DNA of 64,000 bases. Source: Promethearchaeota archaeon (GTDB taxonomy: Archaea; Asgardarchaeota; Thorarchaeia; Thorarchaeales; Thorarchaeaceae). A program made the translations under genes and the position numbers. This document shows, piece by piece, positions 54,774-63,915 of this stretch (the stretch's first letter is position 1; the number at the start of each line of letters is the position of its first letter). The DNA lies in NCBI GenBank assembly GCA_014728035.1, contig WJMJ01000101.1:57358-121357 (forward strand), read 5' to 3'. Below the pieces are notes generated by a model. The model was not told the DNA's origin, made no database searches, and worked only from the letters and a program-made list of their open reading frames with translations.

Positions 54774-57065
54774 ATGATATTTTACAATAATAATCCATAC
54801 TATCTCTATCTGATTGATGGAGATGGCAATGATATCCGATTGCCACCCAAATCCGTGGCTGAATTATCATCATTTTTCTTACGTTATGTGCCCAACCAAT
54901 TAAGTTTAAACCAGGATGATCTTGATCCCTATATAATAACTTCTATTGAAGTCGGTCAGGAAGTTATTATTTATAGTTCCAATTTATCAATAGACGGTTT
55001 ACGTTGTGTTGTTGTGGATAGGGATGAGGTTAATTACGCAGTAAATATTCCTGATGTGGGCAGAGTGTGGTTTCCATATCAAGTGGTGGCATTACCTTCA
55101 ACAAGTAGTTCTAGTTCTTCTAGTAGCCTAAGTAGTTCTTCGAGTTCATCTTCAAGCTCATCTAGCCTATCAAGCTCAAGTTCATTATCTAGCTCATCTA
55201 GTTCGTCTAGCTCAAGCTTTTCTAGCTCAAGTTCATTGTCTAGTAGCTCATCATCGAGCAGCTTGAGTTCTAGCTCATCATACTCTAGTTCATCATTTTC
55301 TTCTAGTAGTTCATTATCATCCTCGTCTAGCTCCTACTCTTCATCATCTTCTTCTAGTAGTTCTTTGTCATCCTCGTCTAGCTCCTACTCTTCATCATCT
55401 TCTTCTAGTAGTTCTTTGTCATCTTCATCAAGTTCATCAAGTAGTTCACTATCATCATCCTATTCTTCATCTAGTAGTTCAAGTAGAAGATCATCATCCT
55501 CGTCTAGCATAAGCTCTTCTAGTTCATCAAGTAGTTCATTATCATCCTCGTCAAGTTCATCTTCTTCATCCTACTCATCATCTAGTAGTAGAGTATCGTC
55601 ATCTAGTTCTAGTTTTAGTTCTTCGTCTTCATCAAGTAGTTCATTATCATCTTCATCAAGTTCATCAAGTAGTTCACTATCATCATCGTCAAGCTCATCG
55701 TCATCATCCTATTCTTCATCTAGTAGTTCGAGTAGGATATCATCGTCTAGTTCTAAATCGTCATCAAGTTCTAGTCTAAGTTCCTCAAGCTCGTCTTCAT
55801 CAAGTAGCTCATTATCATCTTCGAGTAGCTCATTATCATCATCGTCAAGCTCATCTTCTTCATCATATTCATCATCTAGCTCGTCTAGTAGGAGATCGTC
55901 ATCTAGTTCCAGCCTGAGTTCATCATCTTCCTCATCATTGTCTTCATCATCTAGCTCGTCAAGTTATTCTAGCTCAAGTAGTTCATCAAGTTCTCAGTCA
56001 AGTTCTTCTAGCTCGTCAAGTTATTCTAGTTCAAGTAGTAGGAGATCGTCATCTAGTTCAAGTCTGAGTTCATCATCTTCTTCAAGTAGCTCATTATCTT
56101 CCTCATCTTCGTCCTACTCTTCATCTAGTAGTTCAAGTAGTTCATTATCATCCTCGTCAAGCTCATCATCATACTCTAGTAGTTCAAGTAGAAGATCGTC
56201 ATCATCGTCTAGCCTAAGTTCTTCAAGCTCGTCTTCATCAAGTAGTTCATTATCATCTTCGTCAAGCTCTCTTAGTAGTTCAATATCAAGTAGTTCAAGT
56301 TCTAGTCTATCCTCATCAAGTAGTAGTTCTAGCTTATCTAGTTCAAGTAGTTCTAGCCTGTCCTCATCAAGTAGTAGTTCTAGTTCCAGTCTATCTAGTT
56401 CGAGCAGTTCAAGTGCAACAGTTGTTATTCCAGGTGATCTTATAAGTTCAGATTTCACGTCAGATAGAATTTATGTTCATGATGGCATTACTTCTACAGT
56501 AAATGATAGCTTTGCGGCACCAAATAACACAATTGGTGATATGGCCTTTGATGGTACCAATCTTATGAGTTGTGGTGAGGCTGGATCGACAGATAGAATA
56601 TATGTACATAATGGTATTTCTGTAACTATAAGCAATAGTTTTGCTGCTCCAGCATCTGGTCCTAAGGGGCTAACATATACTGGCACAGATTTAATAAGTG
56701 CAGATAGACCATCTGGTGTTATTTATATTCATGATGGTATTTCAAGTACTATACAAAGTAGTTATGCTGGGCCAGATGCCTATATGTCAGGTCTTGCATG
56801 GGATGGTGATAATTTAATTTCATGTGGATATAATAGTGATAAGGTTTATATCCACAATGGAACCTCCTCAACCATAACTAATAGCTTTTCTACACCAGGA
56901 TCAGTGCCGTATGGTCTTACATATGACGGAAATCATTTGATAAGTTGTGATTATGGAACTAACAGAATATATATTCATAGCGGAATAACTTCTACAATTT
57001 CCAACAGTTTTGCAGCACCTAACAATGATCCGAGTGGATTAACATTTAGTGGAGGACCATTATAA
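54774..57065 (+). CDS. Poly-Ser stalk protein with C-terminal 5-repeat beta-propeller
   Basis: 437-aa Ser tract; propeller paralogous to the C-terminus of 20508..21827. Confidence 0.8.
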   Translation: MIFYNNNPYYLYLIDGDGNDIRLPPKSVAELSSFFLRYVPNQLSLNQDDLDPYIITSIEVGQEVIIYSSNLSIDGLRCVVVDRDEVNYAVNIPDVGRVWFPYQVVALPSTSSSSSSSSLSSSSSSSSSSSSLSSSSSLSSSSSSSSSSFSSSSSLSSSSSSSSLSSSSSYSSSSFSSSSSLSSSSSSYSSSSSSSSSLSSSSSSYSSSSSSSSSLSSSSSSSSSSLSSSYSSSSSSSRRSSSSSSISSSSSSSSSLSSSSSSSSSSYSSSSSRVSSSSSSFSSSSSSSSSLSSSSSSSSSSLSSSSSSSSSSYSSSSSSSRISSSSSKSSSSSSLSSSSSSSSSSSLSSSSSSLSSSSSSSSSSYSSSSSSSRRSSSSSSLSSSSSSSLSSSSSSSSYSSSSSSSSSQSSSSSSSSYSSSSSRRSSSSSSLSSSSSSSSSLSSSSSSYSSSSSSSSSLSSSSSSSSYSSSSSRRSSSSSSLSSSSSSSSSSSLSSSSSSLSSSISSSSSSSLSSSSSSSSLSSSSSSSLSSSSSSSSSSLSSSSSSSATVVIPGDLISSDFTSDRIYVHDGITSTVNDSFAAPNNTIGDMAFDGTNLMSCGEAGSTDRIYVHNGISVTISNSFAAPASGPKGLTYTGTDLISADRPSGVIYIHDGISSTIQSSYAGPDAYMSGLAWDGDNLISCGYNSDKVYIHNGTSSTITNSFSTPGSVPYGLTYDGNHLISCDYGTNRIYIHSGITSTISNSFAAPNNDPSGLTFSGGPL
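55104..56414 (+). repeat. Poly-serine coding tract (437 aa) with internal 51-nt perfect tandem duplication (55317-55367 / 55368-55418)
   Basis: Direct translation and alignment by eye. Confidence 0.95.
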
Positions 57066-57370
57066 TGAAATTATGTAAGGTAAAAATCCGCAAGATAAGA
57101 GATGAAAATGATACTCAATGCCAATTTGTATATCCCGACGGTTATAGCGCTAAAATTATCAAACCATTTGCTTATGAAAATCGTGGCAATGAGTATGAAC
57201 ATTGCCTTGCCGAGGTACCAGATGATTTTATATTCTCTAATGATATGGCAGAGATAGATCCCTATACTGCCAAATTACTAGTACATGAATGGGCAGACAA
57301 TGATAAGGACATTTCCTCAGAGATAGATAGAGATAATCTCAAAATATCTAAGGAGAAGTATTGCAAGTAA
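57065..57370 (+). CDS. Hypothetical protein (possible fibre chaperone)
   Basis: TAATG coupling to the poly-Ser gene. Confidence 0.6.
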   Translation: MKLCKVKIRKIRDENDTQCQFVYPDGYSAKIIKPFAYENRGNEYEHCLAEVPDDFIFSNDMAEIDPYTAKLLVHEWADNDKDISSEIDRDNLKISKEKYCK

Positions 57371-57915
57371 TGATTGGCGTGCCCAATATGGGCATGATAA
57401 GTTCTGGCTTGGCGTCCTGGTTGATGACTCATGAAAGATTTGGTCATGACACCAAGATAATACCAATGCAATCATCAATATTTAGGCCATTGACCAAAAA
57501 CCGCAATTATATTAGAGATGTGTTTCTAGATTCTGGGTTTGATTTTTGTTTGCAGTTGGATAATGATATCATACCATGTGATAATCTTATTAATATGGTA
57601 GATAATGATGTAGATATATGTAGTGCACATTTGAGAACTGTAAAAAATTCTCAATTGATGACACTATGTATGCATGAAAGAGACGATGGTTATATACCAC
57701 AGAATGTTGGGAATGGGTTAGTGGAGTGTGATGCTATTGGCGGTGGGTGTATGCTTATCAAACGCGAAGTGTTGGAAAAGGTTGAATTTCCATATATAAC
57801 CAATGAATGTGCTTCCGAAGATTTTGGGTTTTGTAAACGGGCAAAAGAGTCAGGATTTAAAGTATATATGGATTTCAGATTTAAATGCAGTCATTATACT
57901 ATGTGTTATCTCTAG
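57361..57915 (+). CDS. Small GT2/GT-A-like glycosyltransferase
   Basis: IGVP, RN, LDNDI, GGGCMLIKREV, SEDFGFC. Confidence 0.8.
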   Translation: MQVMIGVPNMGMISSGLASWLMTHERFGHDTKIIPMQSSIFRPLTKNRNYIRDVFLDSGFDFCLQLDNDIIPCDNLINMVDNDVDICSAHLRTVKNSQLMTLCMHERDDGYIPQNVGNGLVECDAIGGGCMLIKREVLEKVEFPYITNECASEDFGFCKRAKESGFKVYMDFRFKCSHYTMCYL

Positions 57916-58013
57916 GATCTTCGCTATAATTTCTGTTAATCCATTCTACTTCTAATTTCCATTTCTCTCGCTCTTTCTTCTTGGTGTGTATTTCCTTTAT
58001 TTTCTTTAATCTT

Positions 58014-58679
58014 CTACGTTTTTTGGTCTTCATGTATTTCCTTCGAGGAAAGTATTAATGTATATATCCAGTCTACCATCATCAACATTGTACTGTCCTG
58101 AATCTTATCAGGAGTATCATAAACTGTGTGTAATTCTCTCCAAATCATGTGGCTATCTAGTTGATCTTCCGGCAACACACTTATAAGTGATGCTTTGTGG
58201 TTATTTAATGACAAGGCATAATCATCTGATGGTGGGGTGTAATGATTCAACACATCACTTGGAAGATAATCACCATGGCCAATAATGGTGTCGCCAATAC
58301 CACACACATCTAGCACCAAAATATGTGGTGATCCTTTGAGATCCATACCAAAAACATAAGAACCCATGTCTTCTATACGACCATTGCACAACTGTTCTTC
58401 TTGATCGAACAGAACTACGGCAGAATTCTGGTGTCCCTCGATTGCATGTTCCAAACAGACCACCACTGATGCTGTATTATCGTTGGCACCAACTGAATTT
58501 GTGACCACATCATAATGCGCACAGAAACAGAAATCAGCATTATCTGGGTCACCAATGATGACATTACATCCACAATGATATGGTTGTAGAGTGAACTTGA
58601 TACGATTTGTACATAGATATCCAATTATGCAACCCAGTCTATTTCGGGTACTGCACAATTCTTCCAACAGAGTTCTCAT
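58014..58679 (-). CDS. M28 family metallopeptidase
   Basis: CAHYD, GANDNTASV, DQEE, LDVCG, PSDD, LHTVYDT. Confidence 0.85.
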   Translation of the reverse strand: MRTLLEELCSTRNRLGCIIGYLCTNRIKFTLQPYHCGCNVIIGDPDNADFCFCAHYDVVTNSVGANDNTASVVVCLEHAIEGHQNSAVVLFDQEEQLCNGRIEDMGSYVFGMDLKGSPHILVLDVCGIGDTIIGHGDYLPSDVLNHYTPPSDDYALSLNNHKASLISVLPEDQLDSHMIWRELHTVYDTPDKIQDSTMLMMVDWIYTLILSSKEIHEDQKT

Positions 58680-58686
58680 ATGTCCA

Positions 58687-59409
58687 TTATACAAGATCAA
58701 GAAGAATCTCCTCCAATTGTGATGTGCCACCATATACAAGTTTGGTTTTATTCTTGCCAAATTTCATAATCTTGTTATTCAGAGCATGGGAAATGAACTT
58801 CGTCATTACAAGCACATGATCAACCTGATTAACAAGCTTCGGAATCTGTTTGAGATTTTTGGTGTTTTTGTCTGAGCTTATGTATGACAGTGACAATGAT
58901 TGGCTGAATATATTGTGTATCTCGCTGGCTTGTCTGTCTAGTAAACCAACAATCAACACCTTCTGCTGTGGCTCTATCTTGGGCTTGATCAGTTGCGATG
59001 CGGCATTAGTCAGATTCTTACTTAAGGATGTAATAACATGAGATGAGATTTGTTCAATTACCCTACAAGATACTTTAGATGATATTTGCTCCACGATTCT
59101 GTTCTTCAACTCGTCTAAGAGTTGTGTGTCGGTAAATTGGTCGAGAGTGTATTCGACCTCTACCTCTGGACTGGTTTGTTGTGCTTTATCTTTCTCGATC
59201 CAGTCACCTACCATCTGCTTTAACCATGGTACACTTGTACAAGCTACTATTCTTCTATGTCTATCTGATGGTAGTACTGCTTTTTGTGCACGCGACAATT
59301 CACGTAGCCATGAGAACTTCCCACCTGGACACTTCTTTCTGACTTGGGCAACCGATTCAGCGAGTGCCAGTTTTTCTTCTGTGGACCAGTGTACTCTCTT
59401 CTTCGCCAT
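58687..59409 (-). CDS. Hypothetical protein with Myb-like WSxEE N-terminus and a KFISH C-terminal domain
   Basis: HWSTEEK; VLVMTKFISH...GGTSQL. Confidence 0.6.
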   Translation of the reverse strand: MAKKRVHWSTEEKLALAESVAQVRKKCPGGKFSWLRELSRAQKAVLPSDRHRRIVACTSVPWLKQMVGDWIEKDKAQQTSPEVEVEYTLDQFTDTQLLDELKNRIVEQISSKVSCRVIEQISSHVITSLSKNLTNAASQLIKPKIEPQQKVLIVGLLDRQASEIHNIFSQSLSLSYISSDKNTKNLKQIPKLVNQVDHVLVMTKFISHALNNKIMKFGKNKTKLVYGGTSQLEEILLDLV

Positions 59410-59453
59410 ATGATTTCCTTTGTGGAAATTGAAATTATTACATATGGCCGTTG

Positions 59454-59699
59454 TCAATGTCGCACAGCAGTATGCATCTCTTCCATGATTTCATTTGTAT
59501 TATGATCACTGCCAACATCACCACCAGAGGCACAGATATTGCCCCCAAATAGCATAGCTTCATAAGTTGTCCATCTTGATCCACATCCACCAAGGTCTTT
59601 TGAACATTCACGACGCCTACGAAACACTGTCCTATTTTCTGTAGGCCTTCCAGTCACCACTACATCCACATTTGTTTTACCGCATACAGGACATTTCAT
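59454..59699 (-). CDS. NrdR-like N-terminal Zn ribbon, no ATP-cone
   Basis: MKCPVCG...RRRREC...CGSRWTTYE. Confidence 0.75.
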   Translation of the reverse strand: MKCPVCGKTNVDVVVTGRPTENRTVFRRRRECSKDLGGCGSRWTTYEAMLFGGNICASGGDVGSDHNTNEIMEEMHTAVRH

Positions 59700-59711
59700 G
59701 TTTTTCTCCCA

Positions 59712-60305
59712 CTATTCAATAGAAACATGGAAATCATGTTTCATTGCATCATATGCTTCATCAATACCATAATAACCCCAACAACTGTTGTCATATAGCT
59801 CCACATCGTGGCGATAATCTTCTATGTTATCATACAATTTATTGTCATCTCCATATTTGGCCTTGTATGCTTTAATCACTACGCCATAAACATCACCATT
59901 ACACCACTTTGTGTACACGTCACACGCTTGGTTAGCCCATTCGGACATTTTATTCTGTCTGTCCAGTTGTTTGAGACCCATGCTATCTGCATCGTCTAAA
60001 AGGTACTTGTCTGGTACCCATACCCCGCCCGTATCTACTGTGTCCCATGTGTCTGTGATACGTTCTGATCCGCGCACAAACCAGCGACAAAGGCCATGCT
60101 CATGGTAGGACAGATATATTTTGTCCTCTTCCATCTGCTTCACTTCTTCAGGATCGATGAAATTGCGGTGTTTGTTGCAGAATGAATAAATCGTGCCCAT
60201 AGCATCACTATCTTCGAGTGGGTTGGTTGGGCTATCATCCAATTCAATCAATCGAAACACAATGATGCCATTTTCTGTGACCTCAACATGTTTTTCTACC
60301 GACAT
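59712..60305 (-). CDS. Hypothetical phage protein
   Basis: 197 aa, AGGAG RBS, WCNGDVYG...SCWGYYG. Confidence 0.7.
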   Translation of the reverse strand: MSVEKHVEVTENGIIVFRLIELDDSPTNPLEDSDAMGTIYSFCNKHRNFIDPEEVKQMEEDKIYLSYHEHGLCRWFVRGSERITDTWDTVDTGGVWVPDKYLLDDADSMGLKQLDRQNKMSEWANQACDVYTKWCNGDVYGVVIKAYKAKYGDDNKLYDNIEDYRHDVELYDNSCWGYYGIDEAYDAMKHDFHVSIE

Positions 60306-60548
60306 ATCACTTCTCCTTTTGGTTATCTGTTTTTATAATCCTCTGCGATCAGATAAGATGACAAATCACCCTCACCCAGGTACAAACCATTGGCAGTAAA
60401 AGTTTTGCCATTCTCGACAGTGCCAAGCATAAGGCCCTGTGCATTACGTACCTGCTTAGTCTGCCCGTTCTGATTTGTGCTTCCCATAAACAATCCTCTA
60501 ATTCATGTGTTATCAGTATGTTGTTTATCTAGCCATTGTTCCCAGCCA

Positions 60549-61111
60549 TTAGCACGTGCTGACCACGGCCTCCTCCGGAACGCTATCAGGCTCCATCCTC
60601 GTTGTACCAAACTCGTGCATGACCTCTTTGAACCGCTTGGCCAGCGGCTCGGCACGCCGGTCAAGCCACTCGTCCAGGTCGTCCGCGCTCGGCATCTGGT
60701 CGCCCTCGACCTCGCCAAAGATCACCGTGCCCTTAAACGCTTGCTCAGGATCGGGATCCCATGACCTGTCCTTGGGCTTGCCAATCCGGTTAAACCAGTG
60801 CTTGCCGTTCGCCTTGTAGTGCATGGGCACGCCCATCGCGTCCACGAGATGCCACTTGATGAGCGGCTGAAGCTCGGGAAAGTGCCGGGCAATCTCCTCG
60901 TGCAGGCAGCCGCTGTCCTCGACAAACCTGGTGCCCTGCGGTCAATGTTGGCCGTAATCGAAAAGTACGGCAGCTGACTGCCCCGTAAGTGACGCAGCCC
61001 GTAGGTCACCGTGATCCGGTACGTCTCACCGTGCTCGTCGTATCTCAAACTGTCGGTGTTCTTCTTGACCCAGTACTCACGTGTCGCTGTCGTTTTCTTA
61101 AGTGTCGTCAT
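60549..61111 (-). pseudogene. Frameshifted GC-rich phage gene
   Basis: ...YFSITANIDR continues in another frame as GTRFVEDSGCLHEEIARHFPELQPLIKWHL...; shift near 60935. Confidence 0.6.
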
Positions 61112-61232
61112 GCTGCTCCTCCAGCCAACAGAACTCGGGTCCGCCTTTATGGTTTCATTTGACAATGCTTGCGCACATCTTCCAAAACATCTTTTAAGTA
61201 TAACCTACAGAAGGTATGATTAGAAACTGACA

Positions 61233-61442
61233 TCATCTGCTCCTATGGAATGCCCTGGTTGCCTGTCTCAACATCTCCTTGTTCTCGGGGTGCACCACGA
61301 TCAGATCCGATGTGTTTTTGTGGCTAAATGCCCGGAAGCACACAACTGGCTTTTCCGTTGAACAGTCTTTACACGTTGTTGTGTGCGGAAGAATGTCCAG
61401 TCTACTGCTAGGTATTTCTGATCCACATATTATACAGGTCAT
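61233..61442 (-). CDS. TraR/DksA C4 zinc-finger protein
   Basis: CIICGSEIPSSRLDILPHTTTCKDC. Confidence 0.8.
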   Translation of the reverse strand: MTCIICGSEIPSSRLDILPHTTTCKDCSTEKPVVCFRAFSHKNTSDLIVVHPENKEMLRQATRAFHRSR

Positions 61443-61556
61443 GAGTCCTCCTCTCATAACTTGTATAGCAATTACTATTCCAGAAATACCACTACCGGTT
61501 GTGTGTTTTATTGTGAATCACATACTACGGGTAGGTTGTCCAAGACAGATAAGTCA

Positions 61557-62099
61557 TCACGACATCATGATGGTAGGTTGTTTCAGTTTGATGAGATCAT
61601 CCATGATTTTGTTCAAGATATGGATATTATAAGTGGTATTTGGTTCGAATTTAATAAATTTGGCTTTCCCGTGTTCAAAGAGTATCTCCACGAGCATCTC
61701 ATTTACTTGCATGGTTGCCGAACTTTCCATCAGACACACAATTTTGGAGTCAAATCCACCAATCTTGAGATGATTGTTTTCCTCTCCGGTGGCTCTTTTG
61801 AGTATATCCTCATATCCTTGTGGTCGGTCGAAATCTTTGGCTTCTGTGTCTAGAAACCTGATGCATGCCTTATAAAGAGAAATCCCATTGGCGTTTTCTT
61901 CTATCCATCTATCTATACGGCTTTCTGTGTTTAACCCCACGGTAGAATTCATACCAGTAAACATACCAATGGAATTAAGAGCCTTGATCATATTATATCC
62001 GTCTACTACCATAATATTCACCCTCATTATTCGTTGTTCCGCCACCCAATCCGGCACAGGTGCCGAACCAAACGGTGGAGTATATTCGCTACCGCTCAA
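61557..62099 (-). CDS. Hypothetical protein
   Basis: 180 aa. Confidence 0.55.
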   Translation of the reverse strand: MSGSEYTPPFGSAPVPDWVAEQRIMRVNIMVVDGYNMIKALNSIGMFTGMNSTVGLNTESRIDRWIEENANGISLYKACIRFLDTEAKDFDRPQGYEDILKRATGEENNHLKIGGFDSKIVCLMESSATMQVNEMLVEILFEHGKAKFIKFEPNTTYNIHILNKIMDDLIKLKQPTIMMS

Positions 62100-62518
62100 T
62101 GCTCATCTCCGTCGTTGGCAGGCATGATTTCCAAGTCCTCGATATTCCACGAATAGAAACCGTCAAGTTGACGATCTAGGCGTACACCACCTTCGATGTC
62201 ATCGTAGACACGCTCAATCTTGGCAGTCTTACTCTTATCGCCAGGTTCGCCGTGACGGATCATACAGGTCTCGTCCTTGAGTCGAACCGTCCTGCCAACA
62301 AGGCGTCGGAGTTTACAATTCATTCCGCACATATCCTCTTCCCGTGCCTTGTATGCGCCGTTCGACCACGCGACTTTGCACAAAGACCGAATGCGCCTTA
62401 CCAAAGCGTCATCATCAATGTCGATTGTCTCCGCAACCCCATCGTCCTGCCACCACCGATAAAATGCAGAACAAGACGGTTGAGACGTACTGCCAATTCC
62501 GCTTCGCTCCATTGTCAT
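62096..62518 (-). CDS. Hypothetical protein (GC-rich)
   Basis: Probable ATG 62518 with GGAGG RBS. Confidence 0.5.
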   Translation of the reverse strand: MTMERSGIGSTSQPSCSAFYRWWQDDGVAETIDIDDDALVRRIRSLCKVAWSNGAYKAREEDMCGMNCKLRRLVGRTVRLKDETCMIRHGEPGDKSKTAKIERVYDDIEGGVRLDRQLDGFYSWNIEDLEIMPANDGDEH

Positions 62519-62522
62519 CCGC

Positions 62523-62792
62523 TCACCTCCACGGGTTATCCTCTGCGCGTTCATACGTCTGCTCGAAGATGTCGGGCTTGCACGGGTAGTATTCACCTGC
62601 GACACCTTTGATGACGAAATCACCCTCACTGACTATGTGGTCGCCCTTCAGTGTCGTGATGATGAACGCTTTGCTACCCATCGGCCCCGGCTTCCACGGG
62701 ACATCTCCCATCGCCATGATTTCATCCCACGACTGTTTTGTGCCTTGCCACTGCACGGCTTCGATCACTACGGGCTTCTTGCGGTACTTCAT
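62523..62792 (-). CDS. Widespread phage protein of the MKYRKKPVVIEAVQW...GEYYPCKPDIF type
   Basis: Recognisable motif; AAGGAG RBS before ATG 62792. Confidence 0.85.
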   Translation of the reverse strand: MKYRKKPVVIEAVQWQGTKQSWDEIMAMGDVPWKPGPMGSKAFIITTLKGDHIVSEGDFVIKGVAGEYYPCKPDIFEQTYERAEDNPWR

Positions 62793-62878
62793 GCCGTCTC
62801 CTTGCGAAACACCCGAACGTCGTACAGGCAATCTCGCACACCTGCTTCTTGACGTGCGCTTAATGCAACGTACCCTCA

Positions 62879-63124
62879 TTATTCTACCAACGTTGTATTG
62901 TCAACCCATCTACCATCTGATTTATTGATTTTGCTTGATATTATCCACCATGGTATATCAATATCATAACGTGGTTTTGCCAATACCATACGTGAATTTG
63001 GATTACGACCTTTGTATCGTTTTGTTGCCTCACGTTTTGCGTTAGTCGGTGTTGTGGCCTTGCACGGTTCCCACTGCCCATATTTACCATTACGCTCAAT
63101 AGTCATATAATATTGTGTATTCAT
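62879..63124 (-). CDS. Hypothetical protein flanked by 15-nt direct repeats
   Basis: 81 aa; GCTTAATGCAACGTA at 62858 and 63136. Confidence 0.55.
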   Translation of the reverse strand: MNTQYYMTIERNGKYGQWEPCKATTPTNAKREATKRYKGRNPNSRMVLAKPRYDIDIPWWIISSKINKSDGRWVDNTTLVE

Positions 63125-63129
63125 AAGTG

Positions 63130-63915
63130 TTAGCTGCTTAATGCAACGTATTGATATTCAGGGTGTATATCACCACCCCGTCTTATCATGTTTATGAGAT
63201 ATCCATTTGATGACAATTCTAGCATCATACCATGATTTATGGACCAGCTATAGGCTGTGCGTTTGCAGGGGAATAGGTTGGGAGCACCACCACCACTGAT
63301 GAAATAATGATTCCCATTGATTGCTTTGTGAGCAAATAAATGGGCGTGGCCGAAAAATGTAAGATCAGCCATGTGTAGTACAGTTGCCCCCTTATCATCA
63401 ACCATCTTCTTGATAATGTTGGGGTTGGCCTCTAGATTGTCATCGAATAATTGTTTTATTGGTGCATGAGTAAATACACATGTTTTTAGAGTAGTGTCTA
63501 ATTCTTGTTTCAGCCAATCAATCTGATTGGATTTAAAACCATAACCAAAACGCCACGTATTACGAACAATAATTATCTTCCAATGTTTCATTTCGATTGA
63601 CAGGTCCCAATCACCAAAATAATGCGCAAAATGACGAGGCCCAAATAACCTGTCATCATGGTTGCCAATTACATGTAACGATAGGATGTCAAATGTGTTC
63701 AACTTCTCCACATAACTTGCATATTCTCCACTTAGGGACCAATCTGTAAAATCACCACCATTGACAATCACATCGGGCTTATGGATAGATGCCATCTCTG
63801 ACAACATTTCTGGCCAGATATGTCCTGATACTGGTCTGGTATCAGATAACACCCCGATTTTTATTTTGTCGGAGTCAACAACTTCTAATGCAGACTTCGT
63901 AAAATTGTTGAGCAA
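63130..63915 (-). CDS. Calcineurin-like metallophosphoesterase
   Basis: LSDT, GGD, GNHD, TH, GHAH. Confidence 0.85.
   Translation of the reverse strand: MLNNFTKSALEVVDSDKIKIGVLSDTRPVSGHIWPEMLSEMASIHKPDVIVNGGDFTDWSLSGEYASYVEKLNTFDILSLHVIGNHDDRLFGPRHFAHYFGDWDLSIEMKHWKIIIVRNTWRFGYGFKSNQIDWLKQELDTTLKTCVFTHAPIKQLFDDNLEANPNIIKKMVDDKGATVLHMADLTFFGHAHLFAHKAINGNHYFISGGGAPNLFPCKRTAYSWSINHGMMLELSSNGYLINMIRRGGDIHPEYQYVALSS

Noticed and set aside
16105-56458. Acidic ELDEDEL ORFs on the minus strand (16105, 19563, 56114)
   Set aside because: Antisense shadows of the poly-Ser codons.
21190-57062. Diversity-generating retroelement (TR/VR) between the duplicated propellers
   Set aside because: Differences are not adenine-specific, both copies are coding, and there is no reverse transcriptase in the window.
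586-62640. Self-targeting by spacer 4 (GACTATGT also at 62631)
   Set aside because: Only an 8-nt match, expected by chance in 64 kb.
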